DNA of 38,495 nt from Patescibacteria group bacterium. Its GTDB lineage: Bacteria; Patescibacteriota; WWE3; UBA101185; UBA10185. Made by a program: the position numbers and the translations under genes. Positions 28,181-37,334 of this stretch are shown here, piece by piece. The number at the start of each line of letters is the position of its first letter. The stretch's first letter is position 1. Location: positions 1 through 38,495 of the forward strand of contig BPJL01000010.1 in the NCBI GenBank assembly GCA_026004595.1, written 5' to 3'. The notes beneath the pieces were generated by a model, which made no database searches, was not told where the DNA came from, and saw only the letters and a program-made list of their open reading frames with translations.

Positions 28181-28546
28181 ATGGATATAAAGGTCGTCAA
28201 TCAACAAGGAGAAGAAATTAAACAGGAATATAAGGAGGCCAAAGAGCCCGAAACCATTGCCGTTAAACTTGATGAGTATATGCTTCCGTCGATCGCTTCA
28301 ATTTTTGACCTGAAACCAAATGAGGTTGACCAATATAAGGAAGAGCTTAAAACCTTATACGAGTATGCCAAAACTCAAACTGAAGAAAGAACACCCGAAG
28401 CTCTTAAATGGGTTATTCGTTCACTACAAGGGCAAATAGGCTCACCGCCTTTTGGCGAGAGATGGATAACCTATCTTAACAGGTATGTTAAACTTAGAAT
28501 GGAAAAAAATAAAATAGAGGAAGAAATTAAAAGTTTTGAAAAATGA
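28181..28546 (+). CDS. Hypothetical protein
   Basis: 121-aa ORF tightly coupled to neighbours. Confidence 0.7.
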   Translation: MDIKVVNQQGEEIKQEYKEAKEPETIAVKLDEYMLPSIASIFDLKPNEVDQYKEELKTLYEYAKTQTEERTPEALKWVIRSLQGQIGSPPFGERWITYLNRYVKLRMEKNKIEEEIKSFEK

Positions 28547-28884
28547 GCAATATCATTACAGACCTATACCAACAATTGTTTGGAAGAAAGGGAATTGCCG
28601 ATGGCAATGTCATTGATATGGCCGAACACGGGAGGGCGGGTGGTGTTTCAACAGGACAGCCCTTCAAATTTACACGCAAGGTGGATGAGAAGGTTTTAAT
28701 AGATGAGGTTGACAGCGCCACAACATATATAGGCAAGGCAAAAATGGGGGCTTCTACTTCTGACTCTGTCTGGCAAATTCAAAAGATTGTTACAACAGGA
28801 ACAGTAACAGAGATTTTGTATGCCGATGGGGACGATAGCTATAATAAAAAATGGGACGATCGCACTCTTTATTCATATAGTTAA
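28543..28884 (+). CDS. Conserved phage (probably virion) protein
   Basis: YIGKA...VWQIQKI...YADG...WDDR..YSY pattern. Confidence 0.7.
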   Translation: MSNIITDLYQQLFGRKGIADGNVIDMAEHGRAGGVSTGQPFKFTRKVDEKVLIDEVDSATTYIGKAKMGASTSDSVWQIQKIVTTGTVTEILYADGDDSYNKKWDDRTLYSYS

Positions 28885-28888
28885 AATC

Positions 28889-28919
28889 TTGCAAACCCCC
28901 TTGGGGGCAATAATATAAT
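28889..28919 (+). promoter_or_regulatory. Late-class promoter 6
   Basis: TTGCAAACCCCC, 19-bp spacer, TATAAT. Confidence 0.8.
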
Positions 28920-28940
28920 CTTACAAAGAAGGTAAATAAT

Positions 28941-29498
28941 ATGGCAACCTTTACTTGGACTGCACAATTAACGACAGGAACGCTCACAATCGGAGCAACC
29001 GACAAGGTTGGTTTCTATGGCACAAACTTTGGAGACGCCATTACTGTCAATTCTTATCAAGACTCAACTCATATTGAAAATTCCTCTGGAACGCACCTCT
29101 GCACAACCAACCACGTTAACAACACCAAATACCTAACCTCAACCACCGTTTCCATCAATGGTGGTGGTTCTCAAACTCTTGGTGCATCAGTTCCAACCAC
29201 AGCACAATGTCCTTTAAAAATCAACTTTTCTCATACTTCGGCTGTTGCTACCTCTGCTGGCAAATTTTGGGCTGACAATGGAAGCGATGTAAATACCGCA
29301 CCTACTGATGTAACATTTCAGGCAGGGGAACAGTCGGATACAAGCTGGACAGCCGCCGCACCCAAAAGTGCTGCTGTCACTCTCACAGATCAAGCATCGG
29401 CAACATCACACGACTTTTACATCTTTTGCTCGGCATCCCCGACAGCAGTTGGTGACAAAACAGCATTTAGATTGGGAATTGAGTTGACCTACCAGTAA
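28941..29498 (+). CDS. Thr/Ser-rich beta structural protein
   Basis: 185 aa, composition typical of a decoration/fibre protein. Confidence 0.65.
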   Translation: MATFTWTAQLTTGTLTIGATDKVGFYGTNFGDAITVNSYQDSTHIENSSGTHLCTTNHVNNTKYLTSTTVSINGGGSQTLGASVPTTAQCPLKINFSHTSAVATSAGKFWADNGSDVNTAPTDVTFQAGEQSDTSWTAAAPKSAAVTLTDQASATSHDFYIFCSASPTAVGDKTAFRLGIELTYQ

Positions 29499-29499
29499 T

Positions 29500-29703
29500 A
29501 TGGAAAAAGAAAAAATTTATACAATCAAAGAAGTTTTAGATTTAGTTGAAGCTGATAAAAAGTATTACAAAATGGCGGGAAAGGGATTGGTTGTCGGCGG
29601 TATTAACGTAGCCGACCTTGAACAGACTATTAGAATTCCTAAAAGTGCTGAAAAGTTAGTTATCTTTGCACCTAAACTTGAAACTATTGAAATAGAGCTT
29701 TAG
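29500..29703 (+). CDS. Hypothetical protein
   Basis: 67-aa ORF in operon. Confidence 0.6.
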   Translation: MEKEKIYTIKEVLDLVEADKKYYKMAGKGLVVGGINVADLEQTIRIPKSAEKLVIFAPKLETIEIEL

Positions 29704-29719
29704 TCTTGGTGATGAACCA

Positions 29720-30166
29720 ATGAAAAAAGTTGTGAGCCGATGGCTCGCTTCGCTTAGCGACGGAAGCGTTGCCATTGAAGGCAAACCACCATTTGAAGAA
29801 ATTCCTAACGAACCCTCGCCTTGGCAGAGGCTTCTCCTTCATTTAGCCAAAAACAAACTTGAAATTACAGGACTTCGCATTCAAATTGAGAAGGAGGGAG
29901 AACCCGTGAGAACCTTTAATCTCCCTTCAAAGTCTCCTAAACAGAAATGGGCTGACTTAAAACCTCTAATTCCCGTCGGATTTAATTACTTCAGGCGTAT
30001 TCAAAGAAGTATGGAGCCAATAGAGGGTGATTTTGGTAATTTGAGGCTTGGAAACGAATATCATTTTATTGAAATTCACGCAATTTATAACGACTTTGAA
30101 TTAGTCTTAATAGTAGACGAGGATACAGGTAACGAAACATGGGCTTTTATATTGCCTAAAAACTAG
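29720..30166 (+). CDS. Hypothetical protein
   Basis: 148-aa ORF in operon. Confidence 0.7.
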   Translation: MKKVVSRWLASLSDGSVAIEGKPPFEEIPNEPSPWQRLLLHLAKNKLEITGLRIQIEKEGEPVRTFNLPSKSPKQKWADLKPLIPVGFNYFRRIQRSMEPIEGDFGNLRLGNEYHFIEIHAIYNDFELVLIVDEDTGNETWAFILPKN

Positions 30167-30199
30167 TGTAAACGTTCACTATGACAATACAATATAACT

Positions 30200-30412
30200 A
30201 TGGCGACACTAGGAGTAACAACTATTGGCTCGCTAACGCAAAGTACCAACAATGCGCTTATTATGAGCAAGGCTACGGCCGGCGAGAGCTTTACGGCCGT
30301 AGATATGTATGTCTACATTGACCCTAATAGCCCCTCGAGTACCGCACTATCAGTATCTATATTTAGCGACAATGCCTGGACCGACGACGGTGAAATAAGA
30401 TTACAGGGCTAA
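30200..30412 (+). CDS. Short structural-type protein, possibly a deletion remnant
   Basis: MATLGVTTIGS... start typical of longer fibre-associated proteins; only 70 aa. Confidence 0.5.
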   Translation: MATLGVTTIGSLTQSTNNALIMSKATAGESFTAVDMYVYIDPNSPSSTALSVSIFSDNAWTDDGEIRLQG

Positions 30413-30413
30413 T

Positions 30414-31988
30414 ATGGCAATAAGTTATAACTCAAAATCAGTAAGCAATACTAATTCCAGTTCGTTTAGCCATACACTTCAGGCAGGGGAAAACATTGTA
30501 GGAATAGTAGCGGTTGTATTGCGCGACGGTACGGATAGCGTAAGCGGTATTACATGGGGCGGCCAAGCAATGACCAGAACGCGTACTAAGGTTACTGGTA
30601 ATGGACTAGGCATAGAGGTATTTCATATAATAAATCCACCCTCGGGAACGCAAACTATATCAGTTAGCGGAACATTAAACGGCGATTATAAGTGTTATTC
30701 GGCCGCATTTAATGGCCTAAATCAAACTACACAGCCGGACGTAACAGCTACAGCAACCGGTGTTAGTAGCTCGGCTTCGGTAGATATCACACCAACGGCC
30801 GCAAATAGTGCAATTTTTGGAGTAGTAGCTACAGAGGACGGTAGCGCACCCACTACCGGTTCGGGTGAGATTTCATTATATAACCACGATAACGGTACTT
30901 GGGCTTCGGGTTCAAGTTGGGTAAATAAAGCAGGCACTACGGCACATACCGTAAATTGGAGTATTGGTAATGAGACTTGGATAGTTTTAGCAGTAGCGCT
31001 AGGTGAAGCGACGACAGGAACGGAAACTAGCGACACCAGAAACGCAAAAATACACGGTAAAGCTACTACGAGTGATAGCCGGGGCGGCAGAATAAAGGGT
31101 AAAGCTACTACTACAGATACTAGAAACGCCATAACTAAAGGTATAACAACAGTAATAACATCAGATACAAGAGGAGCAAGAACCAAAGGACAGGAAACTT
31201 TAACAGACAATCGTTCTACAAGAACGAAAGGCGTAGCAACTACTTCCGATACAAGGAGTGCTAGAATAAAAGGGCTTCTTACTACTTCGGATACTAGAAG
31301 TGCAAGGACGAAGGGTGTTGCCACCGCCTCAGATACAAGGAATGCAAGGGTTAAGGGTTATCTTGCTACATCGGATACTAGGAATGCCCGCACAAAGGGA
31401 ATGGCTACTATCTCCGACACTCGTGGGGCTAGAACGAAAGGAATTTCAACAACTTCTGATACGAGGAATGCCAGAACGAAAGGTGTGGCTACTACTTCCG
31501 ATACAAGAGACGCCCGTGTTAAAGGGCAGATAACCACATCGGACACAAGGAACGCAAGAACTAAGGGTCAGGCGATAACATCAGATACAAGAGCGGCTAA
31601 AACTAAAGGAGTTAGTATTAGCGTAATTTCAGACAACAGAGATGCACGCATAAAAGGCTTGGATACTTTATCCGACAATCGGGGTGCGAGAACTAAAGGA
31701 TTTGATATTGCCGGAGAAACTAGAAACGCAAGAACTAAAGGTTATCTTACAACTTCAAACACAAGAGACGCTAGGATAAAAGGTGAATTAACCGCATTAG
31801 ATTTTAGAGATGCATACATTAAGGGAAGTGCAACAACCTCAGACACAAGGGGGGCAAGGTTAATTGGAGCAATAGCAAGTTATAGAAACGCAAAAGTAAA
31901 AGGGCCGGAACCCAATTATCCTAAATTTATCTTTGTGGATGGAGAACTGGCAATTCATCTTTTTGGCAAGTTTTATATGAAAGTATGA
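30414..31988 (+). CDS. Fibre protein: N-terminal beta domain plus 14-aa repeat shaft
   Basis: About 200-aa beta-sandwich-like head followed by about 21 TTSDTRxARxKG repeats. Confidence 0.75.
   Translation: MAISYNSKSVSNTNSSSFSHTLQAGENIVGIVAVVLRDGTDSVSGITWGGQAMTRTRTKVTGNGLGIEVFHIINPPSGTQTISVSGTLNGDYKCYSAAFNGLNQTTQPDVTATATGVSSSASVDITPTAANSAIFGVVATEDGSAPTTGSGEISLYNHDNGTWASGSSWVNKAGTTAHTVNWSIGNETWIVLAVALGEATTGTETSDTRNAKIHGKATTSDSRGGRIKGKATTTDTRNAITKGITTVITSDTRGARTKGQETLTDNRSTRTKGVATTSDTRSARIKGLLTTSDTRSARTKGVATASDTRNARVKGYLATSDTRNARTKGMATISDTRGARTKGISTTSDTRNARTKGVATTSDTRDARVKGQITTSDTRNARTKGQAITSDTRAAKTKGVSISVISDNRDARIKGLDTLSDNRGARTKGFDIAGETRNARTKGYLTTSNTRDARIKGELTALDFRDAYIKGSATTSDTRGARLIGAIASYRNAKVKGPEPNYPKFIFVDGELAIHLFGKFYMKV
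31023..31903 (+). repeat. Degenerate 42-bp coding tandem repeat (about 21 units)
   Basis: Protein consensus TTSDTRNARTKGxx; codons highly diverged between units. Confidence 0.9.
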
Positions 31989-32000
31989 AAGTTTGAATTC

Positions 32001-32031
32001 TTGAAAACCCGCCTACTTACTCTTCTATAAT
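32001..32031 (+). promoter_or_regulatory. Late-class promoter 7
   Basis: TTGAAAACCCGC, 19-bp spacer, TATAAT, 8 nt to ATG 32040. Confidence 0.8.
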
Positions 32032-32039
32032 TGGGTTAT

Positions 32040-32969
32040 ATGGCAGAATTGAAATACCCACCACTTTATAATGGGCTTCAAAAGACTTTGGATGCCCAAT
32101 TGAATGTTGGGGTTACATCGCAAATGACCCTTAACAACACCACGGGTGTTCAGAACAAGCCCGGTGTTGTAGTTATAGATAGGATTGATACTTCAGGGGC
32201 AGAAAAAAGCTCGGTTGTTAGAGAGTATATTTCTTATACAGGAGTATCAGGAAATAACCTTATAGGGCTTACAAGGGGATTGGGTGGCTCAACAGACCAA
32301 GACCACGCTGTCGGTGCGATTGTAGAGTTTATACCAGATGTTACAGTTTTTCAGGCAATTAACGATGTTATAACTACAGAGCACAATCCAGATGGGACAC
32401 ACAACTTACCTGCTAATACGTCCCTTACCACTCCCAAAATAGTAACTTCTATCAAGGATGCTAATGGTAATGAAGCAATAGAAATTCCCGCTACTGCCTC
32501 TGCGGTAAATCAGGTGAAAATCACCAACGCCGCAACAGGTTCTGCGCCAGAGGTGGCTGGGTCTGGAGACGATGCAAATGTTGGCTTGAAACTAAATACA
32601 AAAGGAACAGGGCTTATTGAAAGCGTTAAGGGGCATAAGTTTGATACAGAGGCAGTTTTTGACGCCGAATATGACAACGGAAATTCTGGGGCATCTGCAA
32701 CAATCAACTGGACAAATGGAAACAAACAAAAACTAACCTTGACAGGAAATGCAACTCTTACTTTTACAAACCCCTCTGGGGCATGCAATCTTATATTGAA
32801 GCTGGTACAGGACGCAACAGGGGGGAGATCCCCCACCTTCCCTTCCTCTGTTAAATGGGTGGGAGGTAGTGCGCCCACTTGGAGCACGGCAGCCAATGCT
32901 GTAGATATAGTTGCACTTTATTTTGACGGAACAAACTATTATGCACAGGCTGGTATAGGTTTTGCCTAA
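32040..32969 (+). CDS. Tail fibre/spike protein
   Basis: TRGLGGS.DQDHAVGA.VE, EHNPDGTH, QDATGGR...VKW.GG..P modules typical of fibre proteins. Confidence 0.7.
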   Translation: MAELKYPPLYNGLQKTLDAQLNVGVTSQMTLNNTTGVQNKPGVVVIDRIDTSGAEKSSVVREYISYTGVSGNNLIGLTRGLGGSTDQDHAVGAIVEFIPDVTVFQAINDVITTEHNPDGTHNLPANTSLTTPKIVTSIKDANGNEAIEIPATASAVNQVKITNAATGSAPEVAGSGDDANVGLKLNTKGTGLIESVKGHKFDTEAVFDAEYDNGNSGASATINWTNGNKQKLTLTGNATLTFTNPSGACNLILKLVQDATGGRSPTFPSSVKWVGGSAPTWSTAANAVDIVALYFDGTNYYAQAGIGFA

Positions 32970-32971
32970 AA

Positions 32972-33583
32972 ATGGGGAAAATATATAAACAAATATGTAA
33001 AGAATGTGGAACCTATTACGAGGGAAGGGGGATGTATTTTTGTTCTGTTAAGTGTTCTGGTAAAAACGAAGATAGGATTAGAAAGCATGCAGAAGCAATC
33101 AGAGGCCGTCCGTCTTGGAACAAAGGGTTAAAAGGGTGGAAATCAAACGATGCGCTAAAGCAGTGGTGTTTGAATGGAGGAAAGCCGTGGAACAAGGGAC
33201 TGAAAGGAATCCACTTTTCTCCTGATACAGAATTTAAGAAAAACGACCCCCGTATAACAGGCAAAAACAATCCGAATTGGAAAGGGGGGGTGTCGGAAGA
33301 AAATAGAAAATTAAGGAAAAGAAAGGAATATATTGAGTGGAGAAATGCTGTATATGCTAGAGACGGTTGGGCCTGTAAAATTTGTAAGAAAAAATTACAA
33401 GCTGGAAATATAGTTGCCCACCATATTAAAAGTTTTTCAAACCACAAAGACAAGAGGTTGGATGTTGATAATGGAGTAACACTATGTCGTTCCTGCCATG
33501 CGCTTATACACAATCCTAAAAACAAATTTATAAAGGACGCTAATGAGTCGTATTTTGGACAATCGGTAGCTAACTTTAACTAA
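32972..33583 (+). CDS. HNH homing endonuclease with PWNKG (NUMOD-like) repeats
   Basis: CKEC...FCS finger, PSWNKG/PWNKG, NPNWKGG, RDGWACKIC...AHHI...NGVTLCRSCH. Confidence 0.9.
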   Translation: MGKIYKQICKECGTYYEGRGMYFCSVKCSGKNEDRIRKHAEAIRGRPSWNKGLKGWKSNDALKQWCLNGGKPWNKGLKGIHFSPDTEFKKNDPRITGKNNPNWKGGVSEENRKLRKRKEYIEWRNAVYARDGWACKICKKKLQAGNIVAHHIKSFSNHKDKRLDVDNGVTLCRSCHALIHNPKNKFIKDANESYFGQSVANFN

Positions 33584-33638
33584 TGAATAACAAAAAAACT
33601 ATTCATAGACATTATCACTAAATTTTAGCTAAGTAAAA

Positions 33639-34343
33639 ATGGCAGCAAATACAAAATCACTACAATTCGGCACAAGCGGAACAAGAGATATACCGCACCA
33701 GTCTTACATAAACTTTGGTAGCGGTTCTTATACCATCTCTTTTTGGTTCAAAAAATCTTCCGTTCCGTCTGCCAGAGCACCACTTTTTCATAAAATAAAC
33801 TCAGGTAATAACTGGCCTTTGGATTTGTCTATTAGAGAATCAGGGAGTGGTGTAGCTGGATATATAGAAGTACAACAATGGAACGGCACGACTAATCCTA
33901 TATGGAGAACCCAACAAAATGTGTGTGATAACTCATGGCATTATATTACCATTGTTCTGAATGATAGCGGAACTAACCGAATAGCTGTTGACGGAGTTGA
34001 AAAATCAACAGCTACACATTTGGCGGTAACAACCGCCAATAATGTGAGATTGAATAGTGATTCTACCGGTTCATCTCCTAGTGGGTTTTTTATTGATGAG
34101 CTGGTTATTTATAATGTTGTACTATCAATCTCAGAGGCTTATTCCAGAAGAAACCACGATCATGCGGCAAGGGGCTACTCGAACTTGCAGGGGTATTATA
34201 AGTTGAACGACAACACTAACGATGATTCTGCCAATGCCAATCACATGACAGGCACTGGTGGGTCTTTTGTTACTGATGTGCCGTTCAGCACTTATGAAGA
34301 GCCAGGAGGAGACATGGCAATCTTTTTTGGTTCTAATTTTTAG
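33639..34343 (+). CDS. LamG/concanavalin A-like lectin domain protein (possible receptor binding)
   Basis: YTISFWFK, DNSWHYITIV, VDG, IDELVIYNVVLS, LQGYYKLND. Confidence 0.8.
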   Translation: MAANTKSLQFGTSGTRDIPHQSYINFGSGSYTISFWFKKSSVPSARAPLFHKINSGNNWPLDLSIRESGSGVAGYIEVQQWNGTTNPIWRTQQNVCDNSWHYITIVLNDSGTNRIAVDGVEKSTATHLAVTTANNVRLNSDSTGSSPSGFFIDELVIYNVVLSISEAYSRRNHDHAARGYSNLQGYYKLNDNTNDDSANANHMTGTGGSFVTDVPFSTYEEPGGDMAIFFGSNF

Positions 34344-34345
34344 GT

Positions 34346-34633
34346 ATGAAAAAAGACGAAATCATTCAAAACTTAATTGAGCTAAATACCAAAACAAATA
34401 CCGTTTTGGAAAGGGTGGCTGATGCAGTTGAAGATATGAATGAAAAATCAGAACTTCACACACGAGCCCTAGACGCAAACTCTAAAGCGGTTCAAGAGAT
34501 AGCAAGGTCTATTTCAGAAAACACCCAAGCCATAAACAAGATTATTTTCTTTGTTGTTTTTGCTTTGGTTTTGGCAATCATAGTTCTAGCTGGTGCAGAA
34601 AAGGTCTTAAAATTCATCAATGTTGGTATTTGA
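34346..34633 (+). CDS. Coiled coil plus C-terminal TM protein (holin/XhlA-like)
   Basis: Hydrophobic IIFFVVFALVLAIIVLAG; precedes the endolysin. Confidence 0.6.
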   Translation: MKKDEIIQNLIELNTKTNTVLERVADAVEDMNEKSELHTRALDANSKAVQEIARSISENTQAINKIIFFVVFALVLAIIVLAGAEKVLKFINVGI

Positions 34634-34910
34634 TATTTTGCGAAGTATATTGTATTTAGCAGTGGGCACAAATGCCTTTATTGCTGCTTATATGTTTTAC
34701 AGGGCGGACTACAAACGTTCAAGGTTTGCCCGCTCTTTTGTACATTTATTGGTTACTTTGGGTCTTTATTCCTTTATGGCTTTGGGGATTACATTTTTCA
34801 GGGAAATTGCTTTGAATGTTGCTGTTTTTTTTGCGAATTTTCTTTTTATTCCACAGTTTTTGCTTTTTGTTGCACTTTGGAGGTTTATTCAGGAAGTTAC
34901 AAAAAACTAA
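34620..34910 (+). CDS. Three-TM membrane protein
   Basis: Three hydrophobic segments; lysis module. Confidence 0.65.
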   Translation: MLVFDILRSILYLAVGTNAFIAAYMFYRADYKRSRFARSFVHLLVTLGLYSFMALGITFFREIALNVAVFFANFLFIPQFLLFVALWRFIQEVTKN

Positions 34911-34953
34911 AAAGATTGACAAAAATAACAAATATTATCAAAATAAATAAAAA

Positions 34954-35839
34954 GTGTTAAAAATTATCAAACCAAGCCCGAACCGCATAACCCAAGGGTA
35001 TTCTAACACCCATAAAGGTTATGATTTTTCAGGACGGGGCGATAAAAACGCATATTGTGTTGTGTATGGCAAAGTTGTTCAATCTAAGAATTCAGAAACA
35101 AGGAATTGGCAGGCTTTCAAAAATTCAGACCCGTATAAAAAAAACGAGAAATGGCAAGCTTATCACGGAGGATTACGGAAATTATTGCAAAATCAGGGGA
35201 GAAATTGAAGGCAAAAATTATTATTTTTTATACGCACATCTTGAAGCGGGCAGCGTCTTGCCTGTCGGGTCTGAAGTCAAGGTGGGTCAAGTAATTGGTC
35301 AAATTGGCAACACTGGCAACAGCACAGCGCCCCACCTACATTTTGAAGTCAGAGACGAAAACAATAACAACATACCAGTTGAATTTGTTGATGATATGCC
35401 AAAAAATCAAGAATTAGTATCAAAAGAACAAATCATCATAGACGCTTACAAAGCAGAAACTGGAGAGTTCCCTACCGACGATGAAAAGAAATGGAGACTT
35501 CAACAAAACCTCAACACAATTCAGCTAATCGAGAGTCTTCATCAGGATTCTAGGTTTTATGAAAAGTGGGTAAAACCCAACATCCCCGACAAAGATATAA
35601 GCTGGCATGAAACTGCTCTTTTGTATCAAGAATCTTTTGAGAAGATTAAAGAACTTTTGGGTGCTGCTCCTGCAGAAAACACAGAAGAAGTAATCGGCAG
35701 AATTAAAAAACTCATAGAAAGAAACAAAGAATTAGAAAAACTTCAAGAGCCTAAAACGATATACAAATATGAGAATAAAGACTATGTTCCGTTGATAAGG
35801 CTATCCAATATCATTGTTGCCATTCAAAAGGAGACATAG
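34954..35839 (+). CDS. M23 peptidase endolysin (frameshift at A8, 35137-35144)
   Basis: HKGYDF (HxxxD) in the first ORF; [22 protein letters not shown] in the second. Confidence 0.85.
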
Positions 35840-35853
35840 CTGTTTTAACAAAA

Positions 35854-36030
35854 ATGATTAGGTATATTATTTTGACTATAAAACACCTTAAAATGGCTCT
35901 GGTGAGCTTACAAAGCATATCTCAAAAAATAATGTGGTTTTTCATGGATAAATGCACAAAATGTGGGGGAGAATTGTATATCTGGAGTGCAAAAAAGGCT
36001 CATTGCATAAAATGCGGAGCTAAAAACTAA
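35854..36030 (+). CDS. Small Zn-ribbon protein
   Basis: Own translation ...DKCTKCGGELYIWSAKKAHCIKCGAKN*. Confidence 0.55.
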   Translation: MIRYIILTIKHLKMALVSLQSISQKIMWFFMDKCTKCGGELYIWSAKKAHCIKCGAKN

Positions 36031-36047
36031 AAGGAGGTGATAAAAAC

Positions 36048-36254
36048 ATGAACTGGAATTCTTTGCCAAAATGGGTGCGGGTCATTCCTTATGTTGCTGC
36101 ATCTGGTGCATTAACAGCAATTATTGACCATCTTTCACACATTCAAGTAAACGATGCTGTGTTGATGGCAGTTATCAATGTTTTGATTGTGATGCTAAAA
36201 GAAATAAAAATCCCAGGAGGTGAGAAAAATGAAAGAAAGACCAGAAGACCATAA
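36048..36254 (+). CDS. Putative holin
   Basis: RBS AAAGGAGGTGA; two hydrophobic helices and a basic tail. Confidence 0.6.
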   Translation: MNWNSLPKWVRVIPYVAASGALTAIIDHLSHIQVNDAVLMAVINVLIVMLKEIKIPGGEKNERKTRRP

Positions 36255-36393
36255 ATTAGAAGAATACAATGAAAACGACTTGAGTTATCTTGGATATTTG
36301 TCTGAAGAGGAGATTCTGAAGATGACACCAGAGGAATTATCTGAGTTGGCAGACCTGGTTGCCATGATAGACAGAAAACTTCTAGGTTCATGA
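36229..36393 (+). CDS. Acidic 54-aa protein
   Basis: RBS AGGAGGTGA; MKERPEDHKLEEY...DRKLLGS*; ATGA overlap with the next gene. Confidence 0.6.
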   Translation: MKERPEDHKLEEYNENDLSYLGYLSEEEILKMTPEELSELADLVAMIDRKLLGS

Positions 36394-37334
36394 AAGAAAG
36401 AAGAATAAAAGCGGTAGATAAGAAAGATACTAATGTGTCTTTTAATCAGTGGCTTGAAGAGCTTAAACACAGACAAGATTTTGAACATAAAATAGACCCA
36501 ACCCAGAAAGAAGCAACAGTATATGTGTACGGGGAATATCCACACATACCGATTGGTATTTCTTTCTTAACTGATGTTCATTTTGGCAATTATGGTGTTG
36601 ATTATCATAGCCTAGATAAGCACCTTACGATTATTAAAGAAACACCTAACATGTTCATGTTTATGGGCGGGGACATGATTGACGCTTTTTCACCAACTAA
36701 ACACCCCACAGGAATGATGAATGACATCATGCCCCCAGATGAGCAGGCAGATATTATGCTTGGGGTTCTTGAGGATTTTGACCAACAGTCTAAGTTAGTT
36801 GGAGTGCTATTAGGGAATCATGATCATTTCATAAATGAGGCAGGATATAGATTTGAAAAATTTTTATCCAGAATAAAAGCCCCAGTATATCAGGGGGCGG
36901 GTAATCTGAACATTCTGGTAGGAGAAGGCGGTGAAAAATACAGGATTTTTGTCAGCCATACCCACTGGGGGTCGTCAAAAATCAACATCACAAATGCGGC
37001 AAAAAGAGCGTTGCAATTCACTAGCCCCGATGCAGACATGGCGTTTTTGGGTCATACTCATCAGGCTTCTTGTGAGATTTATCACATAGGTGGTAAACAC
37101 AAAATAGCCCTTGTGGGAGGCACATACAAAGTTGATGATAAATGGCTACAAAAATGGGGGAGTTTAGAAAAACCACTGGGTGGGTTTACAGTTTTCTTTT
37201 ATCCAGATAAACATCACATGGAAGTCGTCAGATACCCAGACATTGCTAGAGATGTAATACTAAGTATGATAAAATATGATAATAGACCAGACCCGTATAC
37301 TGAGCTAATCAAAAAACTCAAAAAATCCAAATGA
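36390..37334 (+). CDS. Calcineurin-like metallophosphoesterase
   Basis: DVHFG, GGDMID, GNHD, H, GHTH motifs. Confidence 0.9.
   Translation: MKERRIKAVDKKDTNVSFNQWLEELKHRQDFEHKIDPTQKEATVYVYGEYPHIPIGISFLTDVHFGNYGVDYHSLDKHLTIIKETPNMFMFMGGDMIDAFSPTKHPTGMMNDIMPPDEQADIMLGVLEDFDQQSKLVGVLLGNHDHFINEAGYRFEKFLSRIKAPVYQGAGNLNILVGEGGEKYRIFVSHTHWGSSKINITNAAKRALQFTSPDADMAFLGHTHQASCEIYHIGGKHKIALVGGTYKVDDKWLQKWGSLEKPLGGFTVFFYPDKHHMEVVRYPDIARDVILSMIKYDNRPDPYTELIKKLKKSK

Noticed and set aside
28933-28941. TAAATAATA matches the first 9 nt of the guide
   Set aside because: Short AT-rich match preceded by AAGG, not a Cas12a PAM
30166-30199. Possible eighth late promoter (GTGTAAACG...TACAAT)
   Set aside because: Lacks TTGMAAACC and the 19-bp spacing; at most a weak leaderless promoter
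30722-31324. 200-aa antisense ORF, and similar shadows at 13398, 32510 and 33016
   Set aside because: Reverse-frame shadows of repetitive or biased + strand genes
31023-31903. Periodic repeats as a CRISPR array or DGR
   Set aside because: Conserved at protein level with synonymous variation; no spacers, reverse transcriptase or adenine-specific template pair
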